64,000 nt of DNA from an uncultured Candidatus Saccharibacteria bacterium (GCA_964478595.1 CAYZIN010000003.1:1357-65356), one strand, 5' to 3'; shown: positions 18,805 through 28,033, counted from the stretch's first letter. Made by a program: numbers and translations. The notes: generated from the letters alone by a model not told the origin.

Positions 18805-20139
18805 CTAGATCGCGTTGTTTGCGATGATTCTGGCGTAGGACCAGGCGCTGGGCCTGATCGTCCGTTCAAGCGAATTGCGATCCACATGGATTAGGCCAAA
18901 TTCTGGCCAGAATCCCTTATCCCATTCGAAGTTATCGAGAAGGGACCAGTGGAAATATCCGCGCAGGTCGACGCCGTCTTGAATCGCCTTCAGGCACCAT
19001 TGCAGCGACTCGCGGAGGTAACGTTCGCGGTGAACGTCCCGGAAATCGGCCAGGCCGTGTTCCGTGATAATCACCGGCTTCCCGCGTGTCGCTTTGTGAT
19101 TCCGAAGTTGGATCAGCACTCGGTACAACCCTTCGGGGTACAACTCCCAGCCCAGGTCCGACCGCCACGCGTCCGGCTTTTGGCCGGCGAATGGCTGGCT
19201 CAGTTTGTAAACCTGGTGCATATAGTAATTCAGTCCGACAAAGTCTTGCCGATCCGAGGTTGCGCGGTGGAACGCCCACATACTGTGGTCCACAAACGCC
19301 TTGATGCCTTTGCTGATCGGATCACGGGCTGAGTCGTTGCAGCTTAGGTTGACCGCCGAGCTAACGACTGCGCCGGGCACGAGTTCGTGAATGATCTCGT
19401 AACTCCGGCGGTGGCACTCAACCAAGTTCCGGCTTACCTTGCGGAAGTTCCGGTAGCTGCCATTCTGCGGCGGCCACGGCGGAGTACCGATCGCGAACTT
19501 CGGGCCGTAGCTGAGCAGGGAGTAAACCTCTGGCTCATTCAGAACCAGCCAGTAGGTAACTCCCTCGCCCGCCAATGCCTGAACGGTGGTCCGTACATAC
19601 TCCTCGAACCGCCGCGCGGCGTTGTCGCCGAGCCAGGCGCCTTCCTGCTCAAACCAGAGCGGGTGACACCAGTGCCAGAGGCAAACGACCGGCTCGATAC
19701 CGCGAGCCTTGCACGCCCGGATGACCCTGCGATAATGCTCGATCTCGTCGGGCTCGATTAGGCCCGACACCGGCTCGATTCGCGACCATTCGATCGAGAA
19801 GCGGTAGGCCTTGAGACCCAGTTGCTTCGCGAGATCGAGATCGTCTTCGAACCGCTGGTAGTGCTCGCAGGCTCCCAAGGAGAGATAGTTGCCCGGGTCC
19901 TTGGCTTGCCGTTTGATCATAGGCCAGATCTCGGGCGGAACGCCACGGCCGTTGCCGTAGTCTTTGTTCTCGTCCGCGTCGTCTGCCAGTTGGTAGTTCT
20001 TCTCGAACTCATAAGCCGACCATTGATCGTTGCTGCCGCCCTCGACCTGATGGCCCGAGGTTGAAGCGCCCCAGAGGAAACCTTTGGTGAAACCGCCGGT
20101 GACCGGCTGCATTGCGAATCCTTTCGCTCGTAGGAACAA
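18805..20139 (-). CDS. Glycoside hydrolase family 1 beta-glucosidase
   Basis: It has the N-terminal FLWGASTSGHQVEGG motif, LVLNEP (acid/base) and ITEHG (nucleophile, a variant of ITENG). GC is markedly higher than in neighbouring genes. Confidence 0.85.
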   Translation of the reverse strand: MFLRAKGFAMQPVTGGFTKGFLWGASTSGHQVEGGSNDQWSAYEFEKNYQLADDADENKDYGNGRGVPPEIWPMIKRQAKDPGNYLSLGACEHYQRFEDDLDLAKQLGLKAYRFSIEWSRIEPVSGLIEPDEIEHYRRVIRACKARGIEPVVCLWHWCHPLWFEQEGAWLGDNAARRFEEYVRTTVQALAGEGVTYWLVLNEPEVYSLLSYGPKFAIGTPPWPPQNGSYRNFRKVSRNLVECHRRSYEIIHELVPGAVVSSAVNLSCNDSARDPISKGIKAFVDHSMWAFHRATSDRQDFVGLNYYMHQVYKLSQPFAGQKPDAWRSDLGWELYPEGLYRVLIQLRNHKATRGKPVIITEHGLADFRDVHRERYLRESLQWCLKAIQDGVDLRGYFHWSLLDNFEWDKGFWPEFGLIHVDRNSLERTIRPSAWSYARIIANNAI

Positions 20140-20247
20140 TCAAGGCTTCCCGGAACAGCCGGAAAGCCGAAATAGGGCGTAATTATACCTTAAGCGGCTT
20201 GGTTTGTCAATCTGTTGGGAGGAGGCCGGGAATTATGCTAATCTGGG

Positions 20248-21525
20248 TTGCAGATGAGCTCGAAGTACCAAAGCGTGAGGGGGATGAACGATATTTTGCC
20301 TGGGGAGCAGGCAAAATTTGATCTGGTTTCGGCCACCTTCGAGAGTCTAGTTAACGCAGCCGGCTACGGCAAAATTGCCACCCCTATGCTAGAAGCCGCC
20401 GAATTATTCCATCGGACCGTTGGTGAAGAAACTGACATCATCTCGAAAGAGTTATACGAGTTTGAGGATAAATCGGGGAACAAAGTGGCTTTACGGCCCG
20501 AATCCACCGCTCCGGTAATGAGGGCATATCTGGAGCATGGGATGGGAAGCCTCCCTAAGCCGGTTAAGCTCTATTATATTGGGCCGATGTTTCGCTACGA
20601 ACGCCCACAGGCTGGCCGCAATCGACAACATTACCAGGTTGGCATTGAAGCGATTGGATATGACGCGCCGAGCCTGGACGCTCAGGTGATTATGTTGGCA
20701 CTACGGTTTTACCGACGTTTGGGCGTTGCCGGGGTTAGCCTTCAGATTAACAGCGTTGGAGATGAAAATTGCCGGCCAAAATACATCAAAACGTTGACCG
20801 AGTATCTGGAAGGCCACCGCAAGCAGCTGTGTGAAAATTGTAATAATCGACTAAAAACCAATCCGTTGAGGGTCTTAGACTGCAAGGATGAAGGTTGCCA
20901 GAAGATTCTAGACGGCGCGCCGCAAATGCTTAATTCGCTGTGCAAAGCTTGTCACGCTCACTTCAGGGGAGTTTTGGAGTATCTGGACGAGCTAAACGTA
21001 CCCTATGAGCTAAATCATCGCTTGGTGAGAGGGTTAGATTACTACAACCGCACCGTATTCGAGTTCTACGGGGCTCGCGAGGGGGCCCAAAGTAGCATTG
21101 GGGCGGGTGGCCGCTACGATGGGCTAGCTGAGCAGCTAGGAGGGCCGAAAACGCCCGGAATTGGCTTTGGGATAGGTATAGAAAGAGTTCTTCTGGAGCT
21201 TGAGGGTTCAGGAGCGGAACTGCCCGAAGCCGACCCACCCCAGGTTTATGTGGCATCGTTAGGGGAACCGGCCAGGATCGATGCCTTCAGGTTAATTGAA
21301 CAGCTTTTAGATAACGATATTTCGGCCGTTGGATCGGTCGAAAAAGATGGAATTGCCTCGCAACTCTCGAAAGCGAATAAGACCAAGGCCCCTTACGCAG
21401 TAATCATTGGCCAGAAGGAGGTTTTTGATAAGGTGGTGATAATTCGAGATATGAAAAACGGTGCCCAGGAGAGCGTTCCCAGAGCCAAAGTCCTATCTGA
21501 AATACAGGCTCGCCTCGATAGATAA
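20248..21525 (+). CDS. hisS: Histidyl-tRNA synthetase
   Basis: It shows class II aaRS motifs, an HisRS-type GAGGRYDGL motif and a C-terminal anticodon-binding domain. Confidence 0.9.
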   Translation: MQMSSKYQSVRGMNDILPGEQAKFDLVSATFESLVNAAGYGKIATPMLEAAELFHRTVGEETDIISKELYEFEDKSGNKVALRPESTAPVMRAYLEHGMGSLPKPVKLYYIGPMFRYERPQAGRNRQHYQVGIEAIGYDAPSLDAQVIMLALRFYRRLGVAGVSLQINSVGDENCRPKYIKTLTEYLEGHRKQLCENCNNRLKTNPLRVLDCKDEGCQKILDGAPQMLNSLCKACHAHFRGVLEYLDELNVPYELNHRLVRGLDYYNRTVFEFYGAREGAQSSIGAGGRYDGLAEQLGGPKTPGIGFGIGIERVLLELEGSGAELPEADPPQVYVASLGEPARIDAFRLIEQLLDNDISAVGSVEKDGIASQLSKANKTKAPYAVIIGQKEVFDKVVIIRDMKNGAQESVPRAKVLSEIQARLDR

Positions 21526-21564
21526 AGAGACCCCCGCAGGGGTCCCTTCTGGGACGTACGAGGG

Positions 21565-21900
21565 TCAAAACTGGCGGCCCGGTGGGCCAACCAGGAAAAC
21601 CAGTTTCTGATCTGGTGTGATCTGGATATAGAGTGTTGTGTCGTCTGGCGTTCTGATGTTGGTCTCGATCGTGTTTGGGCGGAGCTTGAACATCGGCATG
21701 AACCTGGCTACATCGCTCATCTGTACCCCAAACCACTCGGTTAGAACTTCCAGTAGTTTCATCCCGTCGCCGTGTCTCCATTCGATCGACTCATAAAGAC
21801 CTAGGTCGCTAGGAGTAAGGGCTGTCAACTCGTCGTGAAGTTGCGAGATCAAGATAGCTGATTCGACCAGCTCGGTGAGTTCTTGCTTGTCAACGGGCAC
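21565..21900 (-). CDS. Hypothetical protein (GC-rich island)
   Basis: The start is GTG with an AAGGAG RBS. No family was recognised. Confidence 0.4.
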   Translation of the reverse strand: MPVDKQELTELVESAILISQLHDELTALTPSDLGLYESIEWRHGDGMKLLEVLTEWFGVQMSDVARFMPMFKLRPNTIETNIRTPDDTTLYIQITPDQKLVFLVGPPGRQF

Positions 21901-21952
21901 AAATACTCCTTTTCTCGAAGGCCAGAGGATTATACCTGAAATATAAGATACG

Positions 21953-21973
21953 AAAAAGCCCCCGAGAGGGGGC
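21953..21973 (-). terminator. Intrinsic terminator after the Rpf-like gene
   Basis: The hairpin is gccccc-gaga-gggggc, followed by T5 on the minus strand. Confidence 0.65.
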
Positions 21974-21986
21974 TAATTCGTTAGGG

Positions 21987-22553
21987 TTAGATCAACCCTA
22001 GTTTGCGAGCACAAGCAGGCCATGGGTACCAACCGCGAGCGGCTTGGGTAGCCTGGGCTTTGGCGTCCTGCACGGCAGGAGGAGCCTGGTCGGCGGTGGC
22101 ATAACCACCGTAACCACCCCAAGTACCGTAGTCGAACTGGTAGGCACCGTAAAAGCCGTTACCCGAGTTACGGGTATAGTCGCCGCCAGCCTCACAGAAG
22201 CGAAGCTGGGCCCAAACGTCGCCAGTATTGACGACAATCGGGGTTTTACGGGCAGTCTGGGCAGCCAAAGCGGCGGCCCGAGCAGCCTGTTCAGCGGCGG
22301 CTTTTTCGGCAGCTTGTTCCGCGCGCAAAGGCTTAACGACATCGTTTTCGAAGTCGGGTGCCTTGGTGTCGACGTGGAACGGGTCGGCCTGCTTAATGTC
22401 AAAGTTTATTTTCGGGACAGTAACTTGCTGATCGGCCTGAGCCTGAGCCGGCGTCACAGCGCTGATGGCTACCGGGACGGCAGCCAGGGGCGAGATCCCT
22501 GTCGGGTTGGCGAACGAAAGAATCGTTGCACCAACGGCTAGGAAACTACGCAT
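21987..22553 (-). CDS. Secreted Rpf-like (resuscitation-promoting factor) transglycosylase-like domain protein
   Basis: It has a signal peptide, an Ala/Gln-rich linker and a C-terminal WAQLRFCEAGGDYTRNSGNGFYGAYQFDYGTWGGYGG...GWYPWPAC block. That block matches the Rpf/transglycosylase-like domain consensus (W..L..CESGG...NTGNGYYGGLQF..TW...GG). The gene is GC-rich. Confidence 0.7.
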   Translation of the reverse strand: MRSFLAVGATILSFANPTGISPLAAVPVAISAVTPAQAQADQQVTVPKINFDIKQADPFHVDTKAPDFENDVVKPLRAEQAAEKAAAEQAARAAALAAQTARKTPIVVNTGDVWAQLRFCEAGGDYTRNSGNGFYGAYQFDYGTWGGYGGYATADQAPPAVQDAKAQATQAARGWYPWPACARKLGLI

Positions 22554-22740
22554 TGTGAAAGATTCTCTCCTTCACCCTCTCGACATCTCTCTGGGCGGTT
22601 TTTGGGCCCACCCGTTTAAGTGAGAGAGGCAACAAAAAAGACCTGCCAGATGACAGACCTTCTAGTTACAAGGAGGTATTCTAGCAGCATAAGCACTATT
22701 TGTCAACCCCTAAAAGTAAAAAACCACTCCTGTTGGATGA

Positions 22741-22769
22741 TTGACAAAGCTGTCAGAACGGCTTAGAAT
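22741..22769 (+). promoter_or_regulatory. Consensus sigma70 promoter TTGACA-17-TAGAAT
   Basis: The -35 TTGACA is at 22741-22746. A 17-nt spacer follows, then TAGAAT at 22764-22769. Confidence 0.6.
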
Positions 22770-22797
22770 GTCGCAATCCCCGAGCGAAGGAGGAGGT

Positions 22798-23022
22798 ATG
22801 CAGTCTCCCCAGGAGCTGGAGGCCCAGCGCCTGTCGCAGTCTCGACACCCAACCAACGGCCCGCTGATGAGGCTTGTTTCACCACCCCACCCGTTGATGT
22901 TCGATCCGCTGCTCGATCTCTCCGAGGAGGAATCGCAGCCGATCTCGCGTCAGCTAGACGAAGCGCATCGTTTGGCGGGGCCGGCTAGTGGTGGCTGGAG
23001 GTGGTGGCTACGGGAAAGGTAA
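22798..23022 (+). CDS. Small hypothetical protein (74 aa), first of a three-ORF cassette
   Basis: A strong GAAGGAGGAGG RBS precedes an ATG at 22798. The ORF-track start at 22741 would sit on the promoter. The C-terminus is Trp-rich (GGWRWWLRER). Confidence 0.4.
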   Translation: MQSPQELEAQRLSQSRHPTNGPLMRLVSPPHPLMFDPLLDLSEEESQPISRQLDEAHRLAGPASGGWRWWLRER

Positions 23023-23234
23023 TCAAGCACCCTCGGCGGCGTCACCCTGCAGCCAACCGGCTGACAGAGCGGGAGATCGAGCTTCTTAGCGAAAAGGAGC
23101 TAAAGGATCGACTGGCTCGGCATCTTCGATCCAGCGGCGTCGAAGAGCACGAGATTCAGATTGTCCTGGGTTCGGGCAAGGAATATTGCCAGGGCGTTCT
23201 GAAATCGATCATTCGTAAAGCGTCCGACGACTAG
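23001..23234 (+). CDS. Small basic hypothetical protein (77 aa)
   Basis: It starts at a GTG overlapping the preceding ORF. The protein is helical and Leu/Arg-rich (LTEREIELLSEKELKDRLARHL). Confidence 0.35.
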   Translation: MVATGKVIKHPRRRHPAANRLTEREIELLSEKELKDRLARHLRSSGVEEHEIQIVLGSGKEYCQGVLKSIIRKASDD

Positions 23235-23244
23235 GAGGGCAGGA

Positions 23245-23427
23245 TTGGCCAGGCCAGTTGACCTGACGAAGTTCTCGGAGCAGGACATCGCGCGGTTGAA
23301 CCGCAAAACGATGCTTAAGATGCTCCACAGCCTCGGGCAGCGGCGCAGTCTGCAGCGGCCTATCAAGCATCTTCGCCGCGACATCATGTTTCATCGCAGC
23401 CAACAGATAAACGGCAACGGCGCATAG
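23245..23427 (+). CDS. Small basic hypothetical protein (60 aa)
   Basis: The start is TTG with an AGGAGG RBS 6 nt upstream. Confidence 0.35.
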   Translation: MARPVDLTKFSEQDIARLNRKTMLKMLHSLGQRRSLQRPIKHLRRDIMFHRSQQINGNGA

Positions 23428-23497
23428 CGCCAATAGCATTAAAGGGTCCGTCGGGAAACCGGCGGGCCCTGAAGTTTTTTGTGGGATAATTTCTGAT

Positions 23498-23836
23498 ATG
23501 GAAGATTGCTTATTTTGTAAAATCGCTAACCACCAGAAGGAGTCGCTCATCTGGGAAAACGACGATATTGCCGCGTTTTACGACCTTCATCCTCGGGCAC
23601 CGGTGCACGTTTTGATTGTGCCGAAACGGCATATTGAGCGGCTCTCTATGCTCGAGGATGAGAGGCTGGCAGGCAAGTTGTTGATGGCGGTTAAAGATGT
23701 GGCTAAGAAGCTGGACTTGGGGCCGTTCTATCGAGTAGGCATTGTCGGAAAAGATGTTCCTCACTTGCATATTCATCTGCTGGGTAAGGAAACGACCGAT
23801 GTAGCTCCAGAGGGCCCGCTGCCTGAGGGGCTGTGA
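23498..23836 (+). CDS. HIT family protein (histidine triad nucleotide-binding)
   Basis: It carries the HLHIHLLG histidine triad. Confidence 0.8.
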   Translation: MEDCLFCKIANHQKESLIWENDDIAAFYDLHPRAPVHVLIVPKRHIERLSMLEDERLAGKLLMAVKDVAKKLDLGPFYRVGIVGKDVPHLHIHLLGKETTDVAPEGPLPEGL

Positions 23837-23839
23837 GAC

Positions 23840-23868
23840 TTGAACCCAGGTTGGCTATCCTGTAAAAT
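23840..23868 (+). promoter_or_regulatory. Promoter TTGAAC-17-TAAAAT for rpsU
   Basis: The -10 ends 9 nt before the rpsU ATG and there is no SD. This makes rpsU a possible leaderless or near-leaderless transcript. Confidence 0.45.
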
Positions 23869-23877
23869 GGTCAAGTT

Positions 23878-24087
23878 ATGCTTCAAGTAACTCGTAAAGA
23901 CGACAAAGAATCACTCGAGAACCTGCTGCGCCGCTTTAACAAAAAAGTGCAGCTGGCGGGAGTTTTGGGTGTGGCTCGTCGGAAGCAATATTTTGAGAAG
24001 CCGCTTTCAAAGCGTGAAGCCCGTGAAATTGCCATTCGTAAAAAGATCCGCAAAGACGCTCGCGCCAAACAATTTATCTACAAATAA
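23878..24087 (+). CDS. rpsU: 30S ribosomal protein S21
   Basis: The S21 signature is LENLLRRFNKKVQLAGVLGVARRKQYFEKPSKREA. Confidence 0.9.
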   Translation: MLQVTRKDDKESLENLLRRFNKKVQLAGVLGVARRKQYFEKPLSKREAREIAIRKKIRKDARAKQFIYK

Positions 24088-24527
24088 TGATTGAAAAGAT
24101 CGAAGCCGATCTGAAAGCTGCCATGCAAGCCGGTGAAACGGACAAAGTGGCTGTTTTGCGTTTGCTTAAGAGCGCGCTACATAATCAGAAAATCAACTTA
24201 GGGCATGATTTGAGTGATGCGGAAGCAATCGCTGCCCTGGAAAAAGAAGCCAAACAGCGCAAAGACTCGATTGAAGCTTATGAAAAAGCCAACCGACAGG
24301 ATTTGGCTGACCCTGAAAAGGCTGAGTTGAAAGTAATTGAAGATTATTTACCAGAAAAGATGAGCGAGGGTGACTTGAGTAAAATTATTGACGAGGTGAT
24401 TGCCGAAACGGGAGCCGACTCGGCCGCTCAAATGGGCCAGGTGATCGGCAAAGTTCGTGAAAAAACGGCTGGTCAGGCTGATGGTGCAATGATCGCCAGT
24501 TTAGTGCGGCAAAAACTAAATGCTTAA
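24087..24527 (+). CDS. GatB/YqeY domain protein
   Basis: It has YqeY-like sequence and length. It is commonly linked to rpsU. Confidence 0.8.
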   Translation: MIEKIEADLKAAMQAGETDKVAVLRLLKSALHNQKINLGHDLSDAEAIAALEKEAKQRKDSIEAYEKANRQDLADPEKAELKVIEDYLPEKMSEGDLSKIIDEVIAETGADSAAQMGQVIGKVREKTAGQADGAMIASLVRQKLNA

Positions 24528-24548
24528 GGCTTCAGCCAATTTAGCCTA

Positions 24549-25004
24549 ATGCCTGAAATTAAAGTTAATCCGTTTGGGGGAGACTTTCCGGAGGGCTTTA
24601 ATTTGACCGTTATCGACCGAGTGACGGTTTTTTTGAATGAAATGAAGGATTTACCGAGCAAAAAGGGCAGTGTTAATTTAAAGCTGGTTTCTGACACCGA
24701 AATTAGAGAGCTAAACAAGGAATTTGCCAACATAGACGCCCCGACCGATGTTTTGAGTTTTCCCTATAGCGGGCATGGTGAGGAGATGGGCGATGTTGCC
24801 ATTAGCGTTGAAACGGCGCAGCGGCAGGCGGAGGCGGCGGGGGTAAGCTTGACCGACGAACTAGCGACACTGCTGGTTCACGGATTGTTGCATATTTTAG
24901 GGCTTGATCATAAAACACCCAAGGAGCAAGCTTTAATGGAGCAGTATCAGGCTAAAATCCTAAAGGACGCCGGACTGACTTACCGGAAGTTTAAATGGCA
25001 GTAA
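24549..25004 (+). CDS. ybeY: Endoribonuclease YbeY
   Basis: It carries the HGLLHILGLDH metal-binding motif. Confidence 0.9.
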   Translation: MPEIKVNPFGGDFPEGFNLTVIDRVTVFLNEMKDLPSKKGSVNLKLVSDTEIRELNKEFANIDAPTDVLSFPYSGHGEEMGDVAISVETAQRQAEAAGVSLTDELATLLVHGLLHILGLDHKTPKEQALMEQYQAKILKDAGLTYRKFKWQ

Positions 25005-25378
25005 AAAAGGAACATTACAGTTTAATTCGAGCGGTTCGCTATGCCCTGGCCGGTTTGCGCTATATTTTGGGGCACGAGCTAAACGCGCGTATTCATTTAG
25101 CGGTAGCGATTTTGGTGCTACTGGCTGGAGTTTTGCTGGGCCTGACCAACACCGAACTGGCGGCAATTTTCTTTGCAGTGCTACTGGTGTTTTTAGCCGA
25201 AATTTTGAACAGTGCAATCGAGAAGATTTTGGATTTGGTTAAACCAGAACATTCACCCGAGGTGAAGTTGGTGAAGGATATGGCGGCCGGAGCGGTGCTG
25301 GTGGCGTCGGTAGGATCGTTTCTTTTGGGGGTAGCGATTTTCTTCCCGGTAATTTTGGAGAAGTTATGGGCCCGGTAA
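24995..25378 (+). CDS. dgkA: Diacylglycerol/undecaprenol kinase
   Basis: It has a three-TM DgkA-like architecture and conserved N-terminal motifs. Confidence 0.75.
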   Translation: MAVKKEHYSLIRAVRYALAGLRYILGHELNARIHLAVAILVLLAGVLLGLTNTELAAIFFAVLLVFLAEILNSAIEKILDLVKPEHSPEVKLVKDMAAGAVLVASVGSFLLGVAIFFPVILEKLWAR

Positions 25379-25902
25379 TAATTCTGATGGGGCCACCAGG
25401 TGCCGGCAAGGGGACGCAGTCGGACATTTTAGCTAAGCGGATTGGTGGCGTTCACCTTTCAAGCGGTGACCTATTGCGTTCGACTAGAGACGAACGACTA
25501 AGGCACATCATGGTAACCGGTGGCCTAGTGCCGTCGGAGGATGTTTGTCGATTGGTGGGTGAGGCCATAAAAGAAGTGCCAAGCGACAAACCGATTGTGC
25601 TCGATGCGTTTACTCGGATGAAGCCGGAAGCAGAGTGGTTACAGGATTATTTGCTAAAGGTGAATCGCAAATTGAAAAAAGTCATTTTGCTTGATGTTGG
25701 GATCGATGAGGCGGTTAACCGTAATAGCCTGCGTAAGCGGGAGGATGATGACATTGAGGCTCAGAAAAAACGCTGGCGTCTTTACAGCCAAGAAACCGGG
25801 CCGGTGTTTGATTATTATCGTAACCTTGGGATTTTAACCGAAATTGATGGAGTTGGCTCCGTTGAAGAAGTGTCTAAACGGATCGAGGCCGCTCTTGAAT
25901 AA
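25366..25902 (+). CDS. adk: Adenylate kinase
   Basis: It has a GPPGAGKGTQ P-loop and an SSGDLLR motif. Confidence 0.9.
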   Translation: MGPVIILMGPPGAGKGTQSDILAKRIGGVHLSSGDLLRSTRDERLRHIMVTGGLVPSEDVCRLVGEAIKEVPSDKPIVLDAFTRMKPEAEWLQDYLLKVNRKLKKVILLDVGIDEAVNRNSLRKREDDDIEAQKKRWRLYSQETGPVFDYYRNLGILTEIDGVGSVEEVSKRIEAALE

Positions 25903-26641
25903 TCTGGTTAAAACGCCGGCTGAAATCGAGAATATGAGAAAATCAGGCAAGATTTTGGGCGAGATTTTACGGGTGCTTTCAAAAGCGATCAAAGCGGGTA
26001 TGAAGACAAAGGAACTGGATGATTTGGCTAGTTCGGAACTAAAAAAACACGATGCCGAGGCAGCATTTTTGGGTTACCAGGGTTTTCCAGCGTCACTGTG
26101 CGTTTCGATCAATGAGGAAATCGTCCACGGGATTCCCGGGGAACGAGTTTTGGGGGAAGGCGATATTGTTGGGCTGGATTTTGGGGTGAAATATAAGGGA
26201 ATGATTACCGACGGAGCGGTGACGGTGGGGGTGGGTGAAGTTTCGCATCCTGCCAGGCAGCTGCTAGAAGATACTCACGATGCGCTGTATGACGCAATTG
26301 CAGTGATCAAACCAGGGATAATGATTGGTGATGTTTCTTACGCCATCGAAGAAACCCTAACCTCTACTGGGCTTAGTGTGGTGGAAGGTCTTAGCGGGCA
26401 CGGTGTTGGCCGCGAGCTGCATGAAGACCCAGAGGTGCCAAACTTTGGCCGGCCAGGCACTGGACCGAAGCTCCAAGCTGGCATGACAATTGCAGTAGAG
26501 CCGATGGCCTCAACCGGTAAAGGGAAAATTAAAATTGCCGATGATGGCTGGACCGTTGAGACCGCGGACGGTTCGTTGGCGGCTCAATTTGAGCACACGG
26601 TGCTGGTGACGGAGTCTGGCTGCGAAATCCTGACCAACTGA
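25895..26641 (+). CDS. map: Methionine aminopeptidase type I
   Basis: The MAP fold carries conserved metal ligands (D..D..H..E..E). The start is probably TTG at 25895, preceded by GAGG. The longer ORF-track start at 25844 lies inside adk. Confidence 0.8.
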   Translation: MNNLVKTPAEIENMRKSGKILGEILRVLSKAIKAGMKTKELDDLASSELKKHDAEAAFLGYQGFPASLCVSINEEIVHGIPGERVLGEGDIVGLDFGVKYKGMITDGAVTVGVGEVSHPARQLLEDTHDALYDAIAVIKPGIMIGDVSYAIEETLTSTGLSVVEGLSGHGVGRELHEDPEVPNFGRPGTGPKLQAGMTIAVEPMASTGKGKIKIADDGWTVETADGSLAAQFEHTVLVTESGCEILTN

Positions 26642-26660
26642 TATATACTAAGCTGCAGAT

Positions 26661-27890
26661 ATGGCAAAGACACAAACTCAAGTTAACTACATTGGACTAG
26701 ATATCGGCTCGAGCAAAGTGGCTTGCGTGGTTGGCGTTTCAGAAGAGGGCGCAGCTACCCCTAGTATAATCGGGGTTGGTGTGGCGCCTAGCGTGGGGAT
26801 GAGAAAAGGGATTGTGGTTGATGTTGAGGAAACGGTTAGCGCCATAACCGCGGCGGTTGATGAAGCCGAGAGGATTTCGGGTGTGGTTATCGACCGCGCT
26901 ACGATTAGTGTGGACGGCGCTCATATTACCAGCCAAAACTCTAAGGGGGTGATTGCGGTGGGGCGGGCAGATCAGGAAATTAGCCTTGATGACCTGCGGC
27001 GGGCTGAAGAGGCCGCTACGGCTGTAAACTTGCCTCAAAATCGGGAGATTTTACAGGTTTTTCCCCGCAGTTACACCGTTGATGACCAAACCGGTATTCA
27101 CGATCCCGTTGGGATGCGAGGGGTTCGTCTAGAAGTAGATACCCATATTGTAACGGGCTCGACTCCAGCCATGAAAAATCTACACCGAGCCGTTTATCAG
27201 GCGGGAATCGATATTGCCGGCCAAACACTCGTTCCGATTGCCTCGGCCAAGGCGGTTCTTTCCAAGCGGCAGCGTGAAATTGGCGTTGCACTGGTAGACA
27301 TCGGTGGCGGCACCACGGGGGTAGCGGTATTTGAAGAAGGAGATATTGCCAGCTCAGTCATTTTACCGGTCGGAGCCGGACACATTACCTCCGATATTGC
27401 TATCGGTTTAAGAACCTCAATCGAAACCGCCGAAAAAATTAAGATCAAATACGCCGATGCCACCAAGACTTCTGATAAAGAAAAAATTCGAGTGGAAGAA
27501 CTAGACGGTGAAGATTCAATCCTGACTCGCAGGGAGTTGTCCAACATTGTAAATGCACGGTTGGGTGAGATCTTTGATTTGGTTAGGGCGGAGCTGAAAA
27601 AGATCGGTAAGGATGCCCTCTTGCCGGGCGGAATGGTTCTGACTGGGGGCGGTGCGAAGCTAAAGGGTATTGAAGAATTCGCTAAAGACGCACTGAAATT
27701 GCCGGTTACAATCGGCAAAGTCGATGGTCTTTCGGGCATTGCCGAAAAAGTCAGCGGCCCGGGCTATACGGCGGTGATTGGGCTGATGCTTGAAAACATG
27801 ACGGCCACGACGATTTCGGGTGCACCGGCCGCTAAAATTAGCCACACCGTTGACCGTATAAAACAGACTTTACGTAACTTGCTTCCCTGA
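26661..27890 (+). CDS. ftsA: Cell division protein FtsA
   Basis: It has actin-like ATPase motifs (IGLDIGSSK, VDIGGGTT) and lies immediately upstream of ftsZ. Confidence 0.9.
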   Translation: MAKTQTQVNYIGLDIGSSKVACVVGVSEEGAATPSIIGVGVAPSVGMRKGIVVDVEETVSAITAAVDEAERISGVVIDRATISVDGAHITSQNSKGVIAVGRADQEISLDDLRRAEEAATAVNLPQNREILQVFPRSYTVDDQTGIHDPVGMRGVRLEVDTHIVTGSTPAMKNLHRAVYQAGIDIAGQTLVPIASAKAVLSKRQREIGVALVDIGGGTTGVAVFEEGDIASSVILPVGAGHITSDIAIGLRTSIETAEKIKIKYADATKTSDKEKIRVEELDGEDSILTRRELSNIVNARLGEIFDLVRAELKKIGKDALLPGGMVLTGGGAKLKGIEEFAKDALKLPVTIGKVDGLSGIAEKVSGPGYTAVIGLMLENMTATTISGAPAAKISHTVDRIKQTLRNLLP

Positions 27891-27957
27891 TACAAATCAT
27901 CGTTTTAGAACAAATTATTTGTTCGGAATTTCTCCCACTTTCAGCCGAGTAAAAAAT

Positions 27958-27986
27958 TTGCATTAAAAAATTTGTATGCCTATACT
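27958..27986 (+). promoter_or_regulatory. Promoter TTGCAT-17-TATACT upstream of ftsZ
   Basis: It sits in the 143-nt ftsA-ftsZ spacer, followed by an AAGGAG RBS. Confidence 0.5.
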
Positions 27987-28033
27987 GCAGGTTGTATCCG
28001 TAATTCGGATTTGCTAAGGAGATTACAGGTTAT

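Noticed and set aside
25844-25894. Longer N-terminal extension of map (ORF-track start 25844) and of lepB (to 41533), greA (59587) and mreB (55112)
   Set aside because: The extensions overlap upstream genes, lack an RBS, and add non-conserved residues ahead of the canonical N-termini. The internal starts have a good SD.
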